Shown here: piece after piece, positions 28,045 to 37,434 of the stretch
Numbering within the stretch: position 1 is the first letter of the stretch
Layout of the letters: each line of letters begins with the position of its first letter
Origin: an uncultured Bacteroidota bacterium
Lineage (GTDB): Bacteria > Bacteroidota > Ignavibacteria > UBA10030 > UBA6906
DNA: 64,000 nucleotides
Reading direction: 5' to 3'
Assembly: GCA_963700635.1 (NCBI GenBank)
Contig: CAVOYH010000005.1
Span: forward strand, 128,001 to 192,000
Position numbers and translations under genes: made by a program
The notes under the pieces: model-generated
Database searches by the model: none
Told to the model about the DNA's origin: nothing
What the model saw: only the letters and a program-made list of their open reading frames with translations

Positions 28045-30333
28045 ATGAAAAGGATATATATGTCTCTGCTGATGATTCTTGTGAGCATTGGCGGGTTCAC
28101 AACAAACTCTTTTGCGCAAGAATTCTACGACATTAACACCATTCAGACTATTTCAATAACGTTTTCGCAAAGTAATTGGGACTATATGCTGGATACTGCC
28201 AAAGCCGGAAGCGATGGCTATATCATGGCACAATCAGTCAGCATAAATGGAACTCTGTTTGATAGTGTGGGCGTAAAATACAAAGGGAACAGCAGTTACA
28301 ATCCCAGCTACATTAAGAATCCATTCCATATTGAATTAGATACATACAAAGAACAGGATTATCAAAGTTACAAAGACATCAAGCTTAGTAATGTCTACAA
28401 GGATCCATCGTATTTGCGCGAAGTGCTCTCATATTCCATTCTGCGGCAGTATATGATTGCTCCATTATCAAACTATGCCAATGTTACCGTCAACGGAGCC
28501 TTACTCGGACTGTATGTGAGCTCCGAGTCCATCGGCAAAACATTTGTCAGCAAAAATTTCTATTCCAAAGATAATGCATTCTTCAAGTGCAGTCCGGTTG
28601 ATGGTGCCACTCCCGGAACAACCGCTATACCCAATCTGGTGTATCTGGGCCCCGACAGTGCGAGCTACTCTGAAGCATACGAAATAAAATCTGATTATGG
28701 ATGGATGGATTTACTCACGCTTATGAGCACACTTCAGAGCAATGTAGGCGCTATAGAAAATGTTCTGGATGTGGATAGAGCCTTGTGGATGCTCGCCTTT
28801 AATAACATTCTGGTGAATCTTGATAGTTATATAGGCGTATTTGCACAGAACTACTATTTGTATAAAGACAATACCGGACGTTTTAGTTGTGTGCTCTGGG
28901 ATTTTAATGAGTCGTTCGGAGTATTCAGCCAGACGGGAACAATTAATCTCCCGAATACGCCTGACAAAATTCAGATGACGCATTTGTTGCATGCCGGTGA
29001 CGCGAGCTGGCCGTTAGTACAAAAGCTGCTTTCCGTTCCTACGTATAAGAAGATGTACCTGGCACACTTGCATACAATCCTCACAGAAAACTTTTCAAAC
29101 AATAGTTATTATACGTTGGCGCAGTCAATACAACCAATAATTGATGCTGCGGTGCAGGCTGATCCAAATAGGTTTTTTACGTATCCGCAATACCAAAGCA
29201 ATCTTACAACAGAAGTAGGGTTCGGCCCGAATGCCGTTCCCGGCATTACAGCGTTGATGAATGGCAGAAACACCTACCTCTCTGGGCTTTCTGATTTTAC
29301 GAATACGAAACCAACGATCACCAGCGTCGCATCCAGTGACACAAATCCCAATGTAAATAGCACGATAGTTATTACTGCAAATGTAATTAATACAAACACA
29401 AATGCTGTCTACCTGGGGTATAGAGGGAATAAAGAACATAGATTCACAAAGATCCTCATGTATGATGACGGCGCTCATGGTGATGGTGCCGCGGGGGACA
29501 ATGTGTATGGTGTGTCAATTATTGCAAGCAGTTCGCCACTGCAATACTACATCTATGCAGAAAATAATAATGTTGGAATGTTCTCGCCGGTTAGGGCTGA
29601 ACATGAATTCTATTCGATCACTGTTAATACAACAAGTAGCAGTGATATCGTGATGAATGAAATATATTCAAGAGGCACCACGGCAGATCCTGACTGGATA
29701 GAGATGTATAACGCATCGTCGTCACCAATCGATATCAGTGGTTACAAAATCTATGACAGCGGTGGTGAAGGCGGCACGAAACCCAAGAAAGAACTTCCTG
29801 CCGGGTCCGTAGTTCCTTCTCACGGTGTGTTCGTTGTCGTTACAGACGACACATCCGCAAGTGGTTTCGGGCTTTCAAGTTCTGGCGAGAAAGTGTGGTT
29901 GGAGAACACTGCAGGCGAAGTCATCGACTCGGTGACCTTCCCGGCACTTACCGTCTCCCAGTCCTATGGAAGAATGCCGGATGGAGGCGTGTGGCAAACA
30001 TTGGGTACGATTACACGCGGTGGATCGAATGGTTCACCTACCGGAATTACGGACGACGCATTGAACATAACAACCTATAAGCTTTCCCAAAACTATCCGA
30101 ATCCGTTCAATCCATCAACAACAATCAGCTATCAGCTTGCGGCGGAAGGTCACGCCACATTAAAAGTGTACAACCTGCTCGGGGAAGAAGTCGCTACACT
30201 TGTAAACGAACGCCTGGGCGCTGGATCGTTCACAACGGAATGGAACGCAGCACAATTGCCAAGCGGTATCTACTTCTACCGCCTGCAAGCGGGGTCATTC
30301 TCGGAAACGAAGAGGTTGATACTCTTGAAGTAG
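28045..30333 (+). CDS. secreted CotH-family kinase with lamin-tail domain and T9SS C-terminal domain
   Basis: VGVKYKGNSS, DPSYLRE, GLYVSSE, NLDSY..QNYYLY, WDFNESFG; MNEI..DWIEMYN (LTD); QNYPNPFNPST. GAGGA RBS before ATG 28045. Confidence 0.88.
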   Translation: MKRIYMSLLMILVSIGGFTTNSFAQEFYDINTIQTISITFSQSNWDYMLDTAKAGSDGYIMAQSVSINGTLFDSVGVKYKGNSSYNPSYIKNPFHIELDTYKEQDYQSYKDIKLSNVYKDPSYLREVLSYSILRQYMIAPLSNYANVTVNGALLGLYVSSESIGKTFVSKNFYSKDNAFFKCSPVDGATPGTTAIPNLVYLGPDSASYSEAYEIKSDYGWMDLLTLMSTLQSNVGAIENVLDVDRALWMLAFNNILVNLDSYIGVFAQNYYLYKDNTGRFSCVLWDFNESFGVFSQTGTINLPNTPDKIQMTHLLHAGDASWPLVQKLLSVPTYKKMYLAHLHTILTENFSNNSYYTLAQSIQPIIDAAVQADPNRFFTYPQYQSNLTTEVGFGPNAVPGITALMNGRNTYLSGLSDFTNTKPTITSVASSDTNPNVNSTIVITANVINTNTNAVYLGYRGNKEHRFTKILMYDDGAHGDGAAGDNVYGVSIIASSSPLQYYIYAENNNVGMFSPVRAEHEFYSITVNTTSSSDIVMNEIYSRGTTADPDWIEMYNASSSPIDISGYKIYDSGGEGGTKPKKELPAGSVVPSHGVFVVVTDDTSASGFGLSSSGEKVWLENTAGEVIDSVTFPALTVSQSYGRMPDGGVWQTLGTITRGGSNGSPTGITDDALNITTYKLSQNYPNPFNPSTTISYQLAAEGHATLKVYNLLGEEVATLVNERLGAGSFTTEWNAAQLPSGIYFYRLQAGSFSETKRLILLK

Positions 30334-30392
30334 TATGGAAACGGCTGCCTGTCAGGTTCCTTGATAGTGAAGCAGATTCCCTATAAACACGA

Positions 30393-30479
30393 GATCATGT
30401 GCTCTTAGCATTGTAATGGCGACACCTCCGGCAACAGATGACTTTACTCACTGTGAGGAATGCGAAGAGCACATTGATC
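30393..30479. other. long intergenic inverted repeat / stem-loop
   Basis: GATCATGTGCTCTTAGCATT pairs with AATGCGAAGAGCACATTGATC (one mismatch, one bulge), enclosing 46 nt. Confidence 0.6.
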
Positions 30480-30550
30480 AACACTCTCTCAGAGCCTTTC
30501 AGCGTACCAGGTTCTTTGATGGTATTCGTACTCACTTCAAGGTGACCTGA

Positions 30551-31555
30551 CTATAGAGTCCTGGTGGTCAAAGGTGCGCCGGAATGGAAATTCTCCACTC
30601 CAGGATCGCCCGCTGCCGACCGCCCGGCGAGCAGCTCTCCTCCCAGTCTTTCCAGCTGCAGACGCCTGCCAATCTCAACCTCGCGCGCCAGGCTCGTAAC
30701 AATGTTTGCAAGGTCGTACCGGGAAGCATGTGCATCCAGTGAGGCGAGCGCCCTGGCGGTTACTGCGTTTCCCACAAGAGGGCGCAACCGTTTCCTTGTG
30801 CGTTCAATGTTCCCCTGGCAACTCTGCCGGGTGCTTTCCTGAATTGAGCGCATCACACGTTCTTGAATGTCTCGGGATTCGTCGATTTCGCGCTCCAGAA
30901 AGTCCCTGAGCATCCATTCCGGATGGCCGTAATGGACACATTGTCGCTTTCCGGAGTCAATCTCAATAACCGCGCCGTTGGAACAGACGTACCGGAGGAC
31001 AAAATGGTGGACTGAGAGAGCACGGAATCCCGTTTCCGAGTTGAACACATTGTGCCCCATGCCGCACTCATCGCCCGGAACCGGGAACACGCGCGCACGG
31101 ATAGTTGTATACACTCTCATGAAGAAGTCGTTTCGCGATATGCTGGCAACCCCGAGTGACCGGGCCAGCTCAAGTACTTCAAGATCAGAAATGTTGTTGT
31201 ATCTGCCGCTGGTGATCGAAAGTGCCTCTCCATTTTCCACCTTCAACGTCACGTCTCCGCTCCTGATGTTGAGGAGAAAATCGTTCAGGATTGAACTCAC
31301 GGTGTCAATGTTCAGCCGACCCAAATGGCGTGCCGGAAACCCGTACCATTTCAGGAGCTTGTGCAAAAAAACCTCCCTCACCGGGTATTCCGACACGCCA
31401 CCCCTGGACATTCGGAGAAGCAACATGGTGCCGTCATTCACGACATGCAGGTTCTGCGGATCCACCTGGAACTCTTGCAGCCGGCGGTCCCTGAGAAAGT
31501 CCACGACTTCTTCGGGAGCCGCTTCTGCGAACGTCTGACCATGCCTCAGATTCAC
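30551..31555 (-). CDS. hypothetical protein, DUF932/DUF945-like
   Basis: NSETG..ALSV...LRYVCSNG resembles the NS..G...RLVC.NG motif; GTG start overlaps the upstream stop. Confidence 0.55.
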   Translation of the reverse strand: MNLRHGQTFAEAAPEEVVDFLRDRRLQEFQVDPQNLHVVNDGTMLLLRMSRGGVSEYPVREVFLHKLLKWYGFPARHLGRLNIDTVSSILNDFLLNIRSGDVTLKVENGEALSITSGRYNNISDLEVLELARSLGVASISRNDFFMRVYTTIRARVFPVPGDECGMGHNVFNSETGFRALSVHHFVLRYVCSNGAVIEIDSGKRQCVHYGHPEWMLRDFLEREIDESRDIQERVMRSIQESTRQSCQGNIERTRKRLRPLVGNAVTARALASLDAHASRYDLANIVTSLAREVEIGRRLQLERLGGELLAGRSAAGDPGVENFHSGAPLTTRTL

Positions 31556-32484
31556 CGTTGTTTTGCTCCCTTTGCTCCTTCCTTTTTCCGGAACGCCGCA
31601 AGGTGTATCTGATGGGTATTATAGACCAGTTCAAACCCGGTCACACCTTCCGAATCAAAACGCCGGTCCGTTCCCACGCCGGCCCCGGGGGCTTCGTGGT
31701 ACTGCTGTTCTTCGAGGAGATCGAGGAATTCCAGAGTCCGGTAGCGCGCCTCGGCTTCGGAAAGTTTTGCCTTGGTAGGCCGTTTAGCACCTGCCTCGAA
31801 TGCGGCCCCGCGGAGGAGCTTCGGGAAGTATTCCGCATACACGTCACGGCGGTTAAACACGTCAACCCCGACAAGCGTCTTGCCGAAGAATACCGCCAGC
31901 CCGTTGGCATTTTCGCTCAGCGTAAAATGACTTATAAACGTGGTGAATTCGTCCGCCTTCTCTTTGAAGACATCCGACAGGTTGGATGTCGGAGAGGCGA
32001 CCTTATGAAGATCCTGATACTCGCTTACATGGTTCCAGATCTTTGTCTGATCAGCCGAAAAACCCCGTTTCTGCTGCAGACTCATCAGGATCTGGCCGGC
32101 CTTGTCCGAACGCATTTTTGAAGGCGCCGAATAGTCGGTTCCCGTAAAACCCTTTGATGCATGATGCCAGCGGCCGTGTTCCACGCAGCTCACGGGGACC
32201 TGTGACTTGGACTCCGGCGCGAGCAGCATCGATGTGTTGATGACCCTGTTCTGTTTCGCCCCCGCGAGGATGTCGCCGTCCATCAGAAACACGAAGTGGG
32301 GTGAATGGTTCAGGACGAAGATGGAATTGACGTTGCCCGATTCGCTCAGTTCTTTCGCCTCGATAAGGTTCTCCGAAAGAGCCCTCCCGCACCCGATGTA
32401 AGCAAATGAGTCCTGCCCCGATGTGGCCAGCTGGATGATGCCAAGATTACCCTGTACCGTAAAACCGGTGATGTGCGTTTGCAT
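31552..32484 (-). CDS. ARPP-1 / DUF6569 family protein
   Basis: ELSESGNVN...N....VFLMDGDILAGAKQNRVIN....VPVSCVEHGRW and DQTKIWNHV. AAAGGAGGGG RBS before ATG 32484. Confidence 0.8.
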   Translation of the reverse strand: MQTHITGFTVQGNLGIIQLATSGQDSFAYIGCGRALSENLIEAKELSESGNVNSIFVLNHSPHFVFLMDGDILAGAKQNRVINTSMLLAPESKSQVPVSCVEHGRWHHASKGFTGTDYSAPSKMRSDKAGQILMSLQQKRGFSADQTKIWNHVSEYQDLHKVASPTSNLSDVFKEKADEFTTFISHFTLSENANGLAVFFGKTLVGVDVFNRRDVYAEYFPKLLRGAAFEAGAKRPTKAKLSEAEARYRTLEFLDLLEEQQYHEAPGAGVGTDRRFDSEGVTGFELVYNTHQIHLAAFRKKEGAKGAKQR

Positions 32485-32622
32485 GACCCCTCCTTTGGTT
32501 ATGATCAAGATACGCAGGAGAGTTTGCCGGAGAGGCTCATTGGATGATCCTTTTGGGCCTTGCTGGGAATTGCCCTTGGTTGCGGGATTTACGTAATTAA
32601 CGCAAACCATCAGGGGGCATCC

Positions 32623-33480
32623 ATGCTTGAAGTTCAGACCAAAGTGAAGCGGCAGATCGAAATACTGGGACTCGCCATCAACAATTCCGCCGGTCTCAAG
32701 GACACGGACTTCGCCGTCATGTTTGAGCGGGATGTCCCGACAATCAAACGTGACATGCAGGAACTGCGGAGCCTGGGGATCGATGTGCATTCAGAACGCG
32801 CCCGGGGGATCTGCCTCTCGGGCCGGCTTGATCCAAAAATCCTCAGGGAGATGATCCTGCAGTACCTGGGTATCTGTAACTCCGCCGGCGGAGTTGACAA
32901 GGCCACGGCCCTTCTGGTGAAACAGCTCAAGGAAAAAGCGCTGAGCCATCTGGTGACGCTGCAGCGGTGTATCGACAGCTCCACGATTGCGGTGATCGAT
33001 TATCAGAAGGACGACGTGCAAATCGAACACGGGCGGGAAATTCAGCCGCTTCTGATATTCAGCAGCGAACGGTACTGGCGAATCCTGGCTGTCAACGAGG
33101 GAAAAATCAAACAGTACATCCTGAACAAGATCATAAATGTCCGACCCACGACCAGACATTTCAAAAAAGTCCCGCAGGAACAGATTGACGGGATGTTTGA
33201 ACATTCATTCAAAAGCTGGATCGGCACGGATCTCTTTCAGGTGAGAATCCGGCTCGCGAAAGTGTGGGCTGACCGTCTGAAACCGCGCCGAATGATGGAA
33301 ACTGAAGTCATCACCGAAAATGACGATGGGTCCGTGGATTTTGTTACCACGGTGAACTCGCTGGAGGAGGTCGCCGGGTGGGTGGTAAGCAGAGGCGAGG
33401 GAGTCACGGTGCTCGAACCTCCCCGGCTCAGGGAGATGGTCAAAGAGCTGGCCAGAGGGGCGCTGGATAACTACCGATGA
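32623..33480 (+). CDS. HTH-WYL-WCX transcriptional regulator
   Basis: N-terminal HTH (TIKRDMQELR), WYL-like core (REIQPL..YWRILA..IKQYILNKI), WCX tail (WVVSRGEGVTVLEPPRLR). ATG 32623. Confidence 0.85.
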   Translation: MLEVQTKVKRQIEILGLAINNSAGLKDTDFAVMFERDVPTIKRDMQELRSLGIDVHSERARGICLSGRLDPKILREMILQYLGICNSAGGVDKATALLVKQLKEKALSHLVTLQRCIDSSTIAVIDYQKDDVQIEHGREIQPLLIFSSERYWRILAVNEGKIKQYILNKIINVRPTTRHFKKVPQEQIDGMFEHSFKSWIGTDLFQVRIRLAKVWADRLKPRRMMETEVITENDDGSVDFVTTVNSLEEVAGWVVSRGEGVTVLEPPRLREMVKELARGALDNYR

Positions 33481-34961
33481 CTTTTCTCTCCAAGTCCAAA
33501 TACCTTGCCGGTCTGCAGTGCTCCAAACTCCTCTGGTATCACTACAATGCGAAGAAAACAATCCCCGCACCGGATGCGGCCACCCAGGCCGTTTTTGATC
33601 AAGGTCACCAGGTCGGGGAACTCGCAACATCGTTATTCCCCGGCGGCATAGAGGTGGCAAAAGGTACTCTCGACTTCGCCCGCGTGCTGTCACAATCCCT
33701 CGATGCGGTCAAGCTCCGCAAACCTCTCTTCGAGGCCGGGTTCTCCTACAAGAGTGCGTTTGCGCGGGTTGACATCCTGAATCCGGTTGGTATGGACGAG
33801 TGGGATATCATAGAGGTCAAAAGTTCGACGGAAGTAAAAGACGTCAACCTTCATGACCTTGCGCTTCAGCGGTACACCTATGAGGGAGCCGGTCTCAAGG
33901 TGCGTCACTGCGTGTTGATGTACATCAACAATGCCTACGTAAGGCGGGGTGCTGTCGAACCCCGGGAGCTCTTTATTCAAGAGGATGTTACAGAGCGGGT
34001 GGCAGAACTCACACCCGGGGTTGAGGCCAACCTGGAGCGTATGGCCGGCGTTATACGCCTCGCACAGCATCCCGATATCCACATCGGGCCCCAGTGCAGC
34101 TCTCCCTATGAATGTCCGCTTCAAGCGATGTGCTGGAAGTTCCTGCCTGATCACAATGTGTTCACCCTCCACCGGTTGGGCGCACGGGCATTCGATTTGC
34201 TCGGTCAGGGCGTAGAAAAGATTGCAGAGATTCCCGTGGACTACTCGCTGAGCAACGCACAGCAAATCCAGCAAGAAGCTGTCAGGCGCGGACAACCCGG
34301 CATCAACAGGCCGGCAATCGCCTCCTTCCTGAAGACTCTGAAATACCCTCTGTATTTTCTTGACTTCGAGACATTCGGGACCGCAATACCTCAATTTGAC
34401 GGTGTTCGGCCATACCAGCAGGTACCCTTCCAGTTTTCACTGCATATTCTCAGATCTGAAGGGGCAACTCCCGAACATCACTCGTATCTGGCGGACGGCA
34501 CGGCGGATCCCCGCATCGAGATCGTATCCCGCCTGAAGAAACTCCTGGACTCGGAGGGATCCATCGTCTGCTATAACGCACCGTTTGAGCGTGGACGTAT
34601 CAGGGAATCCTGCGAAACATACCCGCAACACATGCCGTGGTGGCAGGAAACTGAACCCCGGTTTGTGGATCTCCTGGAGCCCTTTCGCTCGTTCCACTAT
34701 TATCATCCTGACCAGCAAGGAAGCGCATCGATGAAGATGGTCCTTCCGGTCCTGACCGGGAAGAGTTACGAAGGGATGGCGATCGCTGATGGAGGAGCCG
34801 CGAGCAGGGAATACGTACGGGTGACCTTTGGAAGCGTACCTGCCGCAGAGAGAGAGAGAATCAGAACACAGTTGGAGGAGTACTGCGCGCTGGACACACT
34901 GGGGATGATTCACATTGTGAATGCTCTGACGATGCTCTCGGGCGAAACTCCTCGAGCGTAA
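33477..34961 (+). CDS. DUF2779 family protein (Cas4-like PD-(D/E)XK domain + RNase H-like exonuclease domain)
   Basis: LSKSKY...QC.K.LW, RVDIL..IIEVKSST, CSSPYECP...C, YFLDFET, QVPFQFSLH, YCALDT. Overlaps the WYL stop (ATGA). Confidence 0.85.
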   Translation: MTFLSKSKYLAGLQCSKLLWYHYNAKKTIPAPDAATQAVFDQGHQVGELATSLFPGGIEVAKGTLDFARVLSQSLDAVKLRKPLFEAGFSYKSAFARVDILNPVGMDEWDIIEVKSSTEVKDVNLHDLALQRYTYEGAGLKVRHCVLMYINNAYVRRGAVEPRELFIQEDVTERVAELTPGVEANLERMAGVIRLAQHPDIHIGPQCSSPYECPLQAMCWKFLPDHNVFTLHRLGARAFDLLGQGVEKIAEIPVDYSLSNAQQIQQEAVRRGQPGINRPAIASFLKTLKYPLYFLDFETFGTAIPQFDGVRPYQQVPFQFSLHILRSEGATPEHHSYLADGTADPRIEIVSRLKKLLDSEGSIVCYNAPFERGRIRESCETYPQHMPWWQETEPRFVDLLEPFRSFHYYHPDQQGSASMKMVLPVLTGKSYEGMAIADGGAASREYVRVTFGSVPAAERERIRTQLEEYCALDTLGMIHIVNALTMLSGETPRA

Positions 34962-35055
34962 ACCACCCGCTCCCCCCGGTTTCTGGAATCTGACTCTCAT
35001 AATACGTACCTTTTTATACTACAGGATTTGCTTTCCACTTTCTTACGGACCTCAT

Positions 35056-36069
35056 ATGCACGAAGTAACTCTGATACCCGGTGACGGCATCGGGCCGAGT
35101 ATCACCGATTCCGCCAGGCGTATTATTGAGGCAGCAGGCGTGAAGATTGCCTGGGAAGTTGTGGAGGCCGGTGTTGCTGCGCTCGACAAATTCAAGGACC
35201 CCCTCCCGAAGGATGTTCTGGATTCCATCGGGAGAACAAAGGTGGCGCTTAAGGGCCCGCTGACAACCCCGATAGGCTCCGGATTCAGAAGTGTCAACGT
35301 CGCCCTGCGCAAAGAGTTCGACCTCTACGCGAATGTGCGTCCGGCCCGGACGTTTGAGGGCGTTACCTCCCAGCATATTGACCTTGACATCGTCATCGTA
35401 CGGGAAAACACCGAAGAATTTTATGCCGGCATCGAGCATTATATCGATCCCCAGCGCAGTGCAGCGGAAACCATCGGGATTGTTACCCGGTCCGGTTCTG
35501 CCCGCATTTTGAAGTACGCGTACGAGTATGCCCGGAGACACAACCGGAAGAAAGTCACCACCGTTCATAAGGCCAACATTCTCAAATACACCGGTGGGAT
35601 TTTTCTGGATGTCTCGCGTGAAATCGCCGCGGAGTATCCCGATCTGGAATCAAACGACCGGATCATCGACAACATGGCAATGCAGATGGTGATGAATCCG
35701 CATCAGTTTGATGTGATTGTGACGACCAACCTGTTCGGGGACATTCTTTCAGATCTGGCGTCGGGACTTGTGGGCGGGCTCGGGCTGGCGCCGGGAGCAA
35801 ACATCGGCTACAATGTGTCACTCTTCGAGGCGGTGCACGGGAGTGCGCCGGATATCGCCGGCAAAAACCTGGCAAATCCCGCAGCCGTGATTCTGGCCGG
35901 CGTCCTGATGTTGCATCATCTGAACGAAGGGAATGCCGCGGATCGCATCGAGCGGGCCGTACGTGAAGTGGTCAAGGAAGGGAAGTTCGTAACGCGTGAT
36001 CTGAATCCGGCGTCCCCGGTCGGTACCACGCAGATGACCGACGCAATTATTGCGCGGCTGGCTGGCTGA
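35056..36069 (+). CDS. isocitrate/isopropylmalate dehydrogenase family, probably NAD-dependent IDH
   Basis: IPGDGIGP, KGPLTTP, RENTE, VHKANI, NLFGDILSD, EAVHGSAPDIAG. Confidence 0.88.
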   Translation: MHEVTLIPGDGIGPSITDSARRIIEAAGVKIAWEVVEAGVAALDKFKDPLPKDVLDSIGRTKVALKGPLTTPIGSGFRSVNVALRKEFDLYANVRPARTFEGVTSQHIDLDIVIVRENTEEFYAGIEHYIDPQRSAAETIGIVTRSGSARILKYAYEYARRHNRKKVTTVHKANILKYTGGIFLDVSREIAAEYPDLESNDRIIDNMAMQMVMNPHQFDVIVTTNLFGDILSDLASGLVGGLGLAPGANIGYNVSLFEAVHGSAPDIAGKNLANPAAVILAGVLMLHHLNEGNAADRIERAVREVVKEGKFVTRDLNPASPVGTTQMTDAIIARLAG

Positions 36070-36099
36070 CAATGTTCATCGGCGCCGGGCGAAGGGGAC

Positions 36100-37434
36100 T
36101 CACGGGCCCGGCGTGTCCAGGATATCCCCTTCCGGTGTAGCGTACACGATCGATCCGGGCCGTATCCCGCCGAGGGTGGGAACAATTCTGGCCGCATCCC
36201 CAACAACGACCGTGGTCATGGTTGAAGTGTCAAGATATCGTCGTGCAACCCGCAGCACATCATCCAGCGTTACCTGCCGCAGCAATGCGAGATACCCGGT
36301 GTAGAAGTCTTCCCGAAGTCCGTACAGAGGGATTGCGAGCAGGGCCTGCGCGATCTGTCGTGGTGTTTCAAATGCCAGCGCGAATGAGCCTGCCAGACTT
36401 CCCTGCGCAAACCGGAGCTCCTCGACGGTAATCCCGTCATTCCTCATGTGCTCCAATTCCTGCTGAAGCTCCCGCACTGCCTCATCGGTCTTGTCCGTGT
36501 GAAACGCCCCCCCGGCCACAAACGGTCCCGGCGATTGTAAGGCCTGGAAAGTGGACCATGCCCCGTACGTTAATCCGCGTTTCTCCCTCAGGTTGCGGTT
36601 GAGACGGCTGGAAAATTGACCGCCGAGGATCCGGTTCATCACCATCACAGCATGGTAATCGTCACTGTTCCGGGCTATGCCAGTCCCGCCCATCCTGATC
36701 TCCGATTGAACCGAGCCGGGACGATCAATCACAATCAGGTCAGCCTTACCCGCGGCTGTTGGTTTGGCTTTTCCCGCACCGGCCCCGGACCTTGTGCCCC
36801 ATGTTCCCAGTGATGAAGACACACACTCCTGGAGAGCCGGCATCGTGATGTCGCCCACCGTTATCAGAATCGTCTGTTCGGGGGTATAGTGTTGATCGTG
36901 AAACGGACGGAAATCCTGATGGTGAATCTGCCGGAGGCCGGCCTCATTTCCGCCGGCGTCGGTTCCGTATGGATGCTGGTCTCCGAAGAGCCGGCGGTGA
37001 AACACCACACTGGCAATTGTGCCCGGGCGGTCCTTTTCCTGGAGCAGGCTCGTAAGCCGCTGCCGGCGGAGCCGTTCTACTTCTTCCGGAGGGTACACGG
37101 CATTGTGGAGAAGATCTGCCACGACCGCAAACGTCTCCGGGAAACGTGCGGCGAGCGTGGAGAGTGTGAACAGGGTGCCGTCATGGACCGTCTGAGGTCT
37201 GAAGGATGCGCCCACAAATTCAAACCGTTCCGCTATGGCGGCGAGGGACAGAGATGTTGTGCCGGTGTCAAGTACTTCTGCGGTCAATGCCGCAAGTCCG
37301 GCTTTTCCCTCCGGATCAGAATCGGATCCGGCCTTCATGAGGAAACTCGACACGATAAGAGGGAGCGAGTGGTGCTCCACAAGCCAGAGTGTCAGACCGT
37401 TGGAAAGCCGGCTCTTCTGGATCTCCGGTATCAT
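36100..37434 (-). CDS. M16 peptidase, non-catalytic subunit
   Basis: M16 fold without HxxEH; LGGQFSSRLNRNLREKRGLTYG. ATG 37434 overlaps the partner's stop. Confidence 0.85.
   Translation of the reverse strand: MIPEIQKSRLSNGLTLWLVEHHSLPLIVSSFLMKAGSDSDPEGKAGLAALTAEVLDTGTTSLSLAAIAERFEFVGASFRPQTVHDGTLFTLSTLAARFPETFAVVADLLHNAVYPPEEVERLRRQRLTSLLQEKDRPGTIASVVFHRRLFGDQHPYGTDAGGNEAGLRQIHHQDFRPFHDQHYTPEQTILITVGDITMPALQECVSSSLGTWGTRSGAGAGKAKPTAAGKADLIVIDRPGSVQSEIRMGGTGIARNSDDYHAVMVMNRILGGQFSSRLNRNLREKRGLTYGAWSTFQALQSPGPFVAGGAFHTDKTDEAVRELQQELEHMRNDGITVEELRFAQGSLAGSFALAFETPRQIAQALLAIPLYGLREDFYTGYLALLRQVTLDDVLRVARRYLDTSTMTTVVVGDAARIVPTLGGIRPGSIVYATPEGDILDTPGP

Noticed and set aside
32485-32790. N-terminal extensions of the ARPP-1 (to 32790) and WYL (from 32560) ORFs
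   Set aside because: They would overlap each other head-to-head; the ATGs at 32484 and 32623 have RBS-like sequences and leave a sensible promoter gap.
33477-34961. CRISPR-Cas locus (Cas4-like protein next to WYL)
   Set aside because: No repeat-spacer array or other cas genes in the window.
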